Positions 12,191 to 22,753 of a stretch of 64,000 bases of DNA are shown here, piece after piece (position 1 is the stretch's first letter; each line of letters opens with the position of its first letter). The notes under the pieces are model-generated. The model was not told the DNA's origin and searched no databases. It saw nothing but the letters and a program-made list of their open reading frames with translations. Source of the DNA: Haplodiscus bocki. Lineage: Eukaryota. Both the position numbers and the translations under genes were made by a program. Location of the stretch: NCBI GenBank assembly GCA_965655095.1, contig OZ296659.1, positions 3,720,001 through 3,784,000 of the forward strand. The letters run 5' to 3'.

Positions 12191-12244
12191 TTAAGTTTTG
12201 AATTGAACTTTTCAGTTTTTTGTAAAAATTTTTTTTAAATGATT

Positions 12245-12800
12245 CACATTACTTTATATCCAAAGCCGTTTCTGTGCATGTTCGTCAAACTCAAAGTTTT
12301 ACCCCCCGAGAGTGATTTTATAATATTTTTTGTAGCCTGACCCACTTTGGCGTTTTTCAATGTAGCTCCAACAATCATTCCGATTAAAAGCAGCTGTTGT
12401 ACTAACTGCCGGTTTTAAACGTTCATTCCATGCTTTTTCAGTCCCTTTAAATAATTTTTTCAGTTTACTTTTAGAGCCCTTGCCTACTGGGAATTGTTTG
12501 GAGTAGACGTTTTTTTTATGACAAATACCTTTGCCATTAAGACGCTCATCATGTCATTTCAGAACAGTTCCATTGCTATTTAAATCAGCCCATGCTGAAT
12601 GTGACACAAAATTACAATGCCCATTTTTACAGCTTCCTCTTTTGTCAAAATCTTGTGCTTTAGTCCTTTACTTAGTAAAAATTTTGCTTTTAGTTCGCCC
12701 ACAAACACTACAAGTACCTTTGATAACTTTTACAAGTTTTTTAGTTTTTGGATTTACTTTTTCTTGTACATTTTGGTGTACAGTTGCACTATGATTTCTA
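12245..12800 (-). pseudogene. P2 small Zn-ribbon ORF plus basic core/pX-like ORF
   Basis: KVIKGTCSVCGRTKSKIFTK*, then a Cys/His segment and ...LFKGTEKAWNERLKPAVS...GMIVGATLKNAKVGQATKNIIKSLSGGKTLSLTNMHRNG. Confidence 0.55.
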
Positions 12801-12929
12801 CTCCTGACACACCATCTCTTGGTCATTCAGGTACTAAAAATCATATTCAGGAGGAGCAGTCGCTTCAAAAACTTTGTTTTCTCTTTCTAGGTTTAAAATA
12901 CTTTATATATTTTTTTAAATTTTTTATTT

Positions 12930-13530
12930 ACATCATTCTGCTTAAAAAAATTACAAATTTAGTTGTTTGTTCAGTTAAAATACCCTCATTACCTAGAACA
13001 TCTCCGAAAACATTTTCAACTGAAAATTTTAAGCATTTCATGATAAGTCCACGTTTTTCAAGAAAAGGTTTGCGTATATTTTTTATTTCCTCTCCTTCGT
13101 TTTCATCGTCTTTTTTAATCTACCTTTGATTTATTTAAACTTTTCTCTTCGTAATGTAAGTTTTATCCAATCGCGTAGTTTTGTGTACTTCATTTTAAGT
13201 TTCGAACGAAGTTCGTTTGTGATTAATACTGCAAGAGTGATTATAAATGAGCTAAACCCACCGATTGGGATTGCAACTGGAGCTGTTGCCCTAGCAGTTA
13301 AAACCGTTTTAACGGCTCAAGCTCACTGCTTTTTAGAGTTTCTGAAACAAGCAAAAATATTTTTTTTTACAAAAACTTTATTCTTTATAAAAATCATTAT
13401 CAATCTGCCGTGGTTTCAAAATATTTGCGTAGTCATTTTTTCTTGTTTTGGATTTTGATATTTTAGTTTCATCATCTTTGGTTTTTATGTTTAAAAGTAC
13501 TGCATCTCCATTCAATTGAGAAAATGGCAT
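12930..13530 (-). pseudogene. P2 membrane-type protein (hydrophobic hairpin flanked by Lys-rich helices)
   Basis: TVLTARATAPVAIPIGGFSSFIITLAVLITNELRSKLKMKYTKLRDWI on the - strand; resembles the conserved Polinton/adintovirus membrane-active ORF. Confidence 0.5.
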
Positions 13531-13984
13531 TTTTTTAAATGGAAAAGTTCAATCGAATAATTGTAAAGCTATGTATTGTTTTATTGTTTTTTGTCTATGT
13601 AGTTTTTCTAGGGCAAGATTTTTTGTTTTTTTTGTTTCACGATCCGTAAATCCGGTTTGTTTTAAGATCCGTTCATCTGTTAAGCGTAGTAATAAAAATA
13701 ACAATGTTTCGTGTCCTAAAGCTTCGAAAGGAACTGCAAAATTTGATCATCAAAATTTTTCTCGATAAATGGTTCTTCTGGATCTTTTATATAATCCAGA
13801 TAATCATCATTTTGTTCAGTTAAGAATTTTCAAAACTCTTCATAAAAACGTTTGATGTCATTTCTTAAAAAACCACATTCAATTACTAAATCATCATCTT
13901 TTTTCAATTGAAAACAATAATACAATCTTTCTTTAATGTGGGGTTGATTCAAGTTTATCTTTAAACTAATTTACATTAAGCAAT

Positions 13985-15279
13985 AAAAATACAGAATATG
14001 GTATGATAATATTACTAAAACAAATGTCAGCAAGAGCTGTATCTATTTCAACATAATAAAACCTAATACCTTAGTTGGAAATAGTGAAATCTAAATCTAA
14101 TAAATTCCATTCTGCCGACTTAGCGCTGTATCCATTTTTTTTCAATAGTGTATTAAGTCTCCCATTGATTATCTGGTGATAATAATTGTATTCGAAAACG
14201 ACCCATTGCTTTGTGAACGCCCTCAGCTGAATATCTATTTTAATAAAAACCAACATTAGTAATTTGGATAAAATCTAGTCTTTCGGAACTAACGAAAATG
14301 TTTTCATTGCCAGAATTGTTTGCTCTTGTTTCAATAGACATGACGCTATCTCCTTTAGGAGGTTTATTGGTAGCTTTTTTGTTTCCCGTTGGTGAGTTCA
14401 TTTCTGTTGATTTTATAAATTTTTGTTTTATCCGCTATTAGTTTTGTCGAAACTTTTTATATTCCATTGTTGTAAAAGATAACCTCCTGTATTTGGGAAT
14501 TTATTCTTTGTTGTGTCTGTAGTTTGTTCTCTGTTATATTCTCATAGGTTATAAACACTATCACCGACCGTAACAGTGAATTATTTTCCAATAGTTGCGT
14601 TACTTCCAACAAGTGTCCTATTTCCATTATTATCATCAAATTTTTTTTAATCGTCACTCCAATATTTGAAGTAGGATTGTTGTTTATAGTTTGGTATTGA
14701 TGTTAGTTAATTTATTATCCTTGAAATCCTCATCTTGATCATTCATTACTGAAGACAAATCACGTCTACATATATCGTTTTCAAATAGAGAATCAACATA
14801 AGCTTTGGTTGCAGCGTGATTTTGATCAGTGGGTTCAGAATTTAAAGCTATATGTGATAGATTGCTTGAAGAGTGGTTGTTAAAGTCAATATTTTTTCAA
14901 TTCCTGCCAATGATGATTCGTCTATATTTTCACCAACCTATTTTTTTGGTGCTAAATGTCCTCCTTTTGCGGGATAAGAGTTTACTTCAACAAAACGAAC
15001 CTTGTCGTGATTTTTGTCATTGAAATCAATTTGTGAAGTGTTTTTATAAGGCTTAGATCGTTTCAACTTTTTATCAACCTAGGCCTTTCGAGCAGCTTCT
15101 TTTCAATGCTTAGGATCAGGTGAATTTTCTTTTTAATTTTCGTCGTTCGTATCAGTATCTTCTTCAATATTTTTTTAAATACAATTAGTTCTTAAGTATG
15201 GTTTTCGAAAAAATGTTCTTGTCTCAAGTTTATTTTATACATATTGTGATGTACTACCAAATATCCCTTTTATCAGCAT
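13985..15279 (-). pseudogene. P2 fibre/spike-like protein
   Basis: Repeats EAARKA*VD (~15073-15099) and EPTDQNHAATKAYVD (~14793-14838), then a beta-rich C-terminus (..AMGRFRIQLLSPDNQWET...WNLLDLDFTISN..ADICFSNIII). Confidence 0.55.
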
Positions 15280-15656
15280 TTATTTAGCCAGAATAATTTT
15301 TTAAAACAGCATCATAGTGATCCATTCCTTCTATTAGATGGAAAAAGTTTCAACAATAATTCCCACAAAATTTACTATTTTTGTCATGAATTTCAAAATT
15401 ATGAAGAGATTTTGGTTTTGATGATTGTTGTAGTAGAAATTTATCAGGTTGTCCATCAAACAAATCAAAATAATAAGATTCGTTATCTTTTACGTATAAA
15501 CAAACTCAATGTGTTCCGCCTAAGTGGCCGGCTTCGATGTTTACTTATCCTTTGTCACTAGTTATTTTAGAATCTCTTGGATATTTTTTTGCTCTTTAAT
15601 TATTTAGTTAATACGCTTTCTTTCATTGTTTCATCTCCGAATCCATATTTGTTCAT
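15280..15656 (-). pseudogene. P2 adenain-like cysteine maturation protease
   Basis: NIEAGHLGGTH*VCLYVKDNESYYFDLFDG...EIHDKNSKFCGNYC: the His/Asp/Cys motifs of the adenovirus/Ulp1-like protease. Confidence 0.85.
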
Positions 15657-15681
15657 AACATCTGTTAGACTGAGAGTTGAC

Positions 15682-16816
15682 TTATTTCTTTAACTTCGAG
15701 TGTTGTGTTTTTGTTCTCGTCTGAAACCATTTCAAGTTCCCTACGTCTGAAGAGGTTAATAATCTGTCATTAAGATGAGAATTATCAGGCTCACCTCTAT
15801 ATGCTTCAAATAATTGACTTTCCATAGGGTTTATGTGATCTACCTGAAATCCTGAATGAATGACTTGAATACGATGAAATTTTCTCTTATCAGGATATGT
15901 TATAAATGGGTTCATTAATGGTTCTTTAGCACACGCTTCGTAAAATAATTTGAGTTGGATGGAGGTAATCATTTGTATGATAATTAACGTTAACACAAAT
16001 TTTAGGATTCACTTTATCGATTTCACAAAGTCATTTTCAAACATCAACATAATCGGAAACTGAAATATTAATTGCTTTGTTTGCAGGTCCTGCTTTAGCT
16101 TCTGTTTGATGTGCTGCTGTCAATTTTTTAGTTGAATTTGCATTGACTGCTGAGCTTATATCGACTTGTTATTCTGATCCCGTGTTAACGACTTTTCTAT
16201 CTGTTGCCCAAGAGTGTGTAAACAATATTTTGCAAATCATTTGTTTTGAAAGTTTTTTGAAAACCTAAACCTTTTGTTCTTTTTTAGCTGTATTTTAAAG
16301 TCCAAAAATTTGTTCCATTGGTAGTTGACCGACTATTTATCGTTTGTTTGCTTGTAATGTCTGGTTTTCGATGAGTATTTCATTCAACGATGTGTTTTTA
16401 TTATTATCTTCATTAATTGCTTCAAAGTATGATGAAAAGTTACCGTCTTTACCCGTTGAAACTCGCATATAATTTGAAATAGTGACAATTTTTTTTCTAT
16501 TTCTATTGTTGATCCTTCTGTTGTCGATATGATAGCTTCTTTAAAAACATGTGCGAATGCGTTACTTACCAGTGTAATGGTACTTGTACTACCGTCTTCA
16601 AATTTACCACCGTTTTTTCTGAAGAATGTTTCAATTTGAAGGTAAGCATTACCTATTTGGTAGAAATTGTTAATCTCTGCAAAAATGAATTCGATATTTT
16701 TATCAGAATCATTTAATTGGGCTATTTGTTGATGATATATCTAGGCAAAATCTCTTTTTATAATCCATTTATCAATTAATGCATGATCCCATCAATTGGA
16801 AATTTTCAACAGTTAT
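15682..16816 (-). pseudogene. P2 major capsid protein (double jelly-roll)
   Basis: IIKRDFA*IYHQQIAQLNDSDKNIEFIFAEINNFYQIGNAYLQ...NAFAHVFKEA...LPMEQIFG...LKLFYEACAKEPLMNPFITYPD...FQVDHINP. Size and position are typical of a Polinton MCP. Confidence 0.75.
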
Positions 16817-16967
16817 TTATATACTATAAAGCTTCCTCCTGACAATAAATTTTCTTTGAATGTTTTTAGACTTGGGGGAAGATAATTTGATGGTTTTTCA
16901 GGTTTGGAGTTTTGTGATTCAGGTTTAGACTTAGTTTTAAAAAGTGACTGTATGAAGTCACAGATAT

Positions 16968-17737
16968 TTATTTATTACGAGAAACGAAAGAAGCTTTTTT
17001 GATTGATAATCGGAAAGTTATCGATTGACCATCGAATGATACTAATATTCCATTTTCATTGTTAATTTGATTTGAGATGGAGTCGTGACTCTTCATCCTA
17101 TACCATTGAGTTTCTCCTTTATTTTTTTCTATATATTTGTCACCAGGATCAACATCCATTGTAAATATATGAAGTTTACCTTCGAAAATCATTCCCTGGG
17201 CGATATCGGTTGCGAGGAAAATTTTATCGACTGATAATGTGTCAAATTAAATCCTTCTTGTATCACAATTGGTTTGAAGCCTGTAAGATTTTGTAAGGTA
17301 TCAAGTTGAACAAATTTGCGTTGCCATCGTCTCCCTGGTGCTATATCTACAATACTGCCTAAAGTTGCGAATTTCGGTTTTATTCAAAACGGATATTCTT
17401 CTTCTGTAATATACTTTTCTTCAATAATATTTCGTTTACTTTCCTCCTCTAAAGACTGCAGTTCATAAGTTCGTCGAGGAATAGTAATTACATCGTATTG
17501 AGCACCTTCAATTACTGATTTGAAAATTAATTTCCTAATTTTGTTTGTAACATTAAAGATACCGTTATAACCAGCTAAAAAGGTTACAGCTACTTTATAT
17601 TGCTGACTTTTAGTTTGTAGTGGTTGGGTTAAATTCTCTTCATGCATAGGCTTATCCAAAACACTCAACTAATGTTCTTCAGTTTTTGGTCTCGTATTCA
17701 AACCTATTTGCTCTAAAAGTTTACTTTGTAGTTCTAT
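16968..17737 (-). pseudogene. P2 minor capsid (penton) protein
   Basis: YKVAVTFLAGYNGIFNVTNK...ITIPRRTYEL...IFTMDVDPGDKYIEK...NENGILVSFDGQSITFRLSIK, the typical penton pattern. Confidence 0.75.
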
Positions 17738-17749
17738 ATAAAATAGAAA

Positions 17750-18615
17750 AATCACTGAAACTTCTTTGAAGCATTTCGATTTTGTTGTTCGTTTTGTATT
17801 TCACGATTGTCTTATATAATTCATCTATTAGGTTAATAGCTTCCCTTGAAGTATCATTATGTCCATTTAGCTTTACTCCTGATAAAGTTTTTAATCTTAT
17901 CCAAATATCATTAATTTTTGAGGGAGTGATAATTTTGAATCCTTCTCCTTGTAGATCATCAGATTCGTTTTAATTCTAGCTTCAAATTCCGCAACTCTAC
18001 GGGCAAGTTCCTTCAAAATGAATATTTTACGTTTGGAAGGTCTATCTCCATCACCCGTAAATTCAATATCGCATGAATTTTTTTGAAAAGTTTTTTTATC
18101 AGTATCTTTTCATTTTTTTACCGGTGTGTCCCGTTGAAGATAAAGCATTATGTGTTTGAGGAGTCAAGTCATAAACGTTTCCATGTAGTCTTATTCTATA
18201 ACCGCCTAATGGACAGATAAGGACACAAAAAATGCTGGCTTGACCTGAAACGTCTTCATCTATTCTTGAAGAATTGTGACTTTTCATTGAGGTACCCAAA
18301 GATTCTTTCATTAACTTACTAAAGTTAGAACTATTGAGAAAAGTTTCTTTATCAGATGCAATATCTTCAGTTTCATCCTCTGATTTATTTGAGTTATCTT
18401 CAACGTGAACTAACTTTTGATTAGTAGTACTGAATTGTTCATCTTTATCCTCAGGTTTAATAAGTTCATCTAATCTTTTAGTGTTAGGTTTAAAAGTTTC
18501 AGCTGATTTTTTATCATGAGTTTCAAAATTTTATTTTTATCACAATTGTGTTTTGTTTTTTCGTTCCTCTGGTAATTTAGCTAATTGAGTCATATCGTTT
18601 TTAGTCTCATTAGGG
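17750..18615 (-). pseudogene. P2 conserved hypothetical protein with QGEG putative protease site
   Basis: IRLHGNVYDLTPQTHNALSSTGHTGKKMK...DDLQGEGFKIITPSKINDIWIRLKTLSGVKLNGHNDT. Confidence 0.5.
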
Positions 18616-18631
18616 TAGTTCTTTATTTAAT

Positions 18632-19635
18632 TTAAAAAGGATTTGTATCTGGTACGAATATAGAGTTTAAGCCCCAACGATAATGACCTATCTGTTTGTC
18701 ATTTGTCATGTCAATAGTTAGACGTTGATTTTTTCTATTCCAACAGTTAGAAATTATTATTCTGAAATGAATAGGTGTCATATCTACACTTGCTTTATCT
18801 TGATTTAGATTTTGAAAATCTCTGAATTTGTTTGGTTTCCATATATGGTATATTTTGCCACTAGCCCTAACATTTCTTTTTGGAAGCTCGTAATATTCTT
18901 GACGGAATATAAAAATCGAAATATTACTGTGTTTCGAACATTTAAACTCTGCTTAAAGTCTGGGATCGTTTTCCTTTTCGTTTATTTTGTCTGAAATAAT
19001 CACATTTGGGTAACTTGAAATATATTCCTGAGGGTAATTTACTTCTGCTAATGCTTCATATGTTTCTATTTCTGTTTCTGATTTTTCAAAGTTTTCTTTC
19101 CTAAATATTTTCCCAGTTATTAGATCTAAATCTCCTTCTTTGAGAGTATTTTGGTTTATTTTTGTTGGTATGCGGTTATTAAAACTTTTAATCAATTCTC
19201 GATATACTTCTTGATGTAGAGATGGTGATTTGAAATATTTTTTTCCGAAATCATTGGTAATGTTCAAAGTTCGTCTAATAAAAAAGAAGATCTTCCGCAT
19301 TCGTTAGGTCCTGTTAGAATGCATCTGACTGGATGAGCTGGTTTTAGAAACCTGTGCATCATCAATTATTGTCTGAGAAACGTTTGACACTTTTCCATGT
19401 TATGGAACAGAGAAGAAATAGCAATAATAACAGTCCTGGGAATAAAAAAAGTAAAGGTTTGAGAATGAGATCAATATTATTGTTTTTATCATCTATAATT
19501 TGTATAGTGTTATTTTCATTAGTTATATTCAAAATTTCCGTTATTTATTATAATTTGATTGGAATGTTAGTATTTTCTAATTCATGGATGAAAACTTGTT
19601 TCAGCTAAAGCGTTTATGAGATTTGGATTTTCATA
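18632..19635 (-). pseudogene. P2 A32/FtsK-like genome packaging ATPase
   Basis: Walker A in PAHPVRCILTGPNECGRS; SPSLHQEVY; degenerate Walker B VIISD; SKHSNISIFI..QEYYELPK; LTIDMT..GHYRWGLNSIFVPDTNPF. Confidence 0.85.
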
Positions 19636-20073
19636 ATGTATTATAGTTGATTATATTTCACACTTTTCATTGGTTGTTTGTTATAAAATTCATGTCATGT
19701 TTATAGTGCGACTAACAGTTGTTATTCACATTTCGGAAATTTATCCTCATTGAATAAAATGTTCAATACAAAGTAAAAAAAACCTTTTGAAGTGAAAACT
19801 TGTCAGGTTATTTTGTATTTCAGATTTAATATGAGGAGTGAATTCTTTGTAAAAAATCCTTTAAAATCATTTTCAATGAGATATAATTCGAAGTGTTTAC
19901 GGTGATTGGTGATATTGTCGTAAAATTTCGAATCTATTTCAAAGAAATAGATTTTGGATAGTGTGTTTTGTCCGTGTACATTTCTCAAACTCGATGTGTG
20001 TAAGACTTTCAAGATGTTCTCTTTTAGATTTGTTGTCAATCGTTTTATCACATAAATCACAATACTGTTCCAT
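19630..20073 (-). pseudogene. P2 C2H2/matrin-like Zn-finger protein
   Basis: MEQYCDLCDKTIDNKSKREHLESLTH, continuing after a frameshift. Confidence 0.55.
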
Positions 20074-20649
20074 TTTAATTTCATATGAATATTTGGAATG
20101 AAATATCATTTTTTTATACAAAAGAACAACGTTAAGGAAGTTTTCAATATCTGTAATGAGTTAACATTCTGTGATCATTATGATTTTGAAAGAGTAATAG
20201 AATTAAACCATGTGCGTTAATATGTAATTAATGCTTTGTTTGAAAGGGAGTTTGTACATAAACATAATCGTGTTCGTGTATTAGGTTTTTTAGATGATAT
20301 ATCGCTAATGGCCATGAACAAAAATGTTAAAATTTTAGTCAGGAAATGAATATTCTTAGAGTTGGTATTTTTCAAAAGTTATGTCTAGAAAGACTACTTA
20401 AAGAAGAAGCAGATGGAGAGGATAGATATAATAATACAAAATATGGCAATGAAATTAGTTGTCATGAAACTTTTGAATCCTTTCAAAATAAAAAACGATT
20501 TTGATTCTTGTATACATCGTCTTTTGTTCTACTGAAAATGTAAATAATCTTCTCAACAAGTTTTGTTCATCGAAATCTCTTTCTAACGCCTCAAAGAGTT
20601 AGAGACAATTTCGAAAACTAGAACTTTCAGTTTTAATTTTCTATACTAG

Positions 20650-21091
20650 TTATATTGATACACTATTCAGTGATTTTAAGTAGAAACGATCTTTCGTAAT
20701 GAAATGTTTTCAAAAATTTTATGTTTTTTGACTTTCCTGTGTACTCCCATTGATACACTATTCAGAAATTTTTATGTTAAAACGAGCTTTCATACTGAAA
20801 TCTTTTTTTATAAAACGTAAGTTTTTTTATTATCATTCCTGTGTATCACCATTGATATAGTAATCGGAAGAATTTTTTTTGAAAGCAATATCTTCCATAG
20901 TAGTTTTATAAAATTTGAATTTCATTTTTTATCATCTTTCCTGTGTACCCCCATTGATATGTAAGTTACACATTGAAAACATATGAGTCTGCGTCTGAGC
21001 CATGTAGCCGAAATGGGATGCGGTATTGGTCATAGGACGTGGACGCAGTGCCTCCTCGCGTCTGAAGTCAATGTCGGCTCTTGTAAATTCT
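20650..21091 (-). repeat. P2 right TIR
   Basis: Inverted copy of 6194-6575, including three TGTGTA..CCATTGATA units. Confidence 0.9.
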
Positions 21092-21179
21092 TACATGTGA
21101 ACGTTTCGAGTTCGTAAAACTCAAATCGGTTAAACGTAGTGAACATACATCGGAACTTTTTTCAAGCCGGTATTTTCCT

Positions 21180-21727
21180 GTCAGTCATAAAAAGTGAAAC
21201 ATCCATTGAATCGCAAAATTTTGAAGTTTTAGGTTCAGGTTATGAAAGTAGTTTACATTGATTTGACCGATATTATGCAACTTTATTTTGATGTCAAAAC
21301 TAGTATTCACAAGTCCTCATGATTGACAAGTGCGATGGGAATTTTTTGAAGCTGTTTTGACGTCTTGCTGACTAATTTTGGCCTTTTTGAGGGCTCAATT
21401 TGTTTTACATGTAACGTTTTTTTTGCATCACCTAGTCTTGTTCTTTTTTACGTTTTCTAACGTGATTATTTTTTAAACATTCGCTACAAAATGGAGTATC
21501 TAAGATGACGTGATTAACATATCGACTTTTCGAGTGTCAGACACCGTGGCAAGCACTTGTCTTAATTCGACTTCGGCGAACAACCTTTTGATAGATTTTT
21601 GCTGCCGTATTTTTATAGGTGTCAATCATGTAACCGATCAGTGTTCAATTGTCTTTCGGCCGTTTTGATTTGTAAACTATCAGTGATCAAGTCAGAATAG
21701 GTTGCGAAGTTCCACTTCGCCTCGGTG
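21180..21727. repeat. Dispersed repeat, copy 1 (copy 2 is split into ~26440-26740 and 32140-32420)
   Basis: Shared blocks ATCCATTGAATC and TCACAAGTCCTCATGATTGACAA (~21307/26581), AGACAC.GTG.CA.GCACTTGTCT (~21539/32281), CAAGTCAGAAT...AAGTTCC.CTT.GCC.C.GTG (ends 21727/32420). Confidence 0.7.
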
Positions 21728-22753
21728 TTCCAGTTTTTGTCTTTAATTTCGTTTTTTCGCGCTTTCCCAATCTTGAATGAACGTCACTGCTTGCTCTTGT
21801 TTCAAATAGTATCAAATTTGTCAGTTCAATTGGCATCTTGTTTTCCAATTTTGTCTTCCAATGCTATTCATCGCCTCAAAAATTTGTTGCTTCCCAAAAC
21901 GTCCGAAGATTGCAGCCTGTTCAATGCGCTTAAATTGATCACTTTGTTCCGAAGCTTTAGCAAGATTGCTTAGTTCGATTTTTAACCTCTTTTTGCTTTG
22001 TAAATTCATAATGCTTAGGACCTACTATCCTTGATGCCTATGTTTTGAGAAAAACTCCAGTTGATTACAATTTCGGAGGCAACGTTTTGCTGATTGTACG
22101 CAAAATGATACTGCGAGTAGGATTTTTTATTATTATTTAGAATAAATGGGAATAATTATTAATGGGGGTTTTGATGTTAGAAAGCGTCGCTTCGTTGTTT
22201 TGATGTGAGTTGATTTAACTTTCACTGAGGTGCATAGTTTTTTTAATGACTGGTCGGCATTTATAGGTGGAAAGCAGATCTCGCTACGCAGTGGCCGTCC
22301 AGAGGTATCAGGGGAGCGGAACCTGTTTTTTTGAAAAAAAAAGTTGGAGAAAAAGAAACTAGAGGCAAATTGCTTTTAATCAACGACGCTATTCGTCATG
22401 GAAGACGTGACGACAAATATAAATTCCTGATGCGTTTTTCAAACTTTTTTCGATAGCTTTATGTCTTCTGTGGTTACTTCTTTGTACGCAAATACCCTTA
22501 CCAGCGGCAGTTCTGATGACAAAAAAAATGATTTTTAACAAGATAACAGAGGTAATGTCGAATATCCAGGCTTCCAATGACATTGTTGATCCAATAAAGC
22601 GCCCGGAAAAAACTAAACAGCAGAGAAAAGTTCCTATAAAAGAGATATTGCACAATTGGCCAAGAGCCGGAGGAAGAAATCCCGTAAAGTTCAGGAAGAC
22701 TGCCAATTCGCCCAACCGGAGTTCATGGTCAAGACTGCATTGAGTGCGCACGA

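Larger units (their letters stand above)
6194..21091 (-). mobile_element. Polinton/Maverick element P2 with both ends, decayed (~14.9 kb)
   Basis: Starts AGTAGTTACAAGA at 6194; inverted copy ends TCTTGTAAATTCT at 21091. 6-bp TSD TACCTG (6188-6193) / TACATG (21092-21097). pPolB, integrase, protease, MCP, penton and ATPase remnants are all on the - strand. Confidence 0.95.

Noticed and set aside
10241-19608. Plus-strand Phe/Ile/Leu-rich ORFs inside P2 (e.g. 10241-10672, 12617-13129, 19354-19608)
   Set aside because: Antisense shadows of Lys/Asn/Glu-rich minus-strand viral genes.
22340-22750. Possible Mutator-like transposase tail next to the Gypsy LTR
   Set aside because: Resemblance too faint; no catalytic motif readable.
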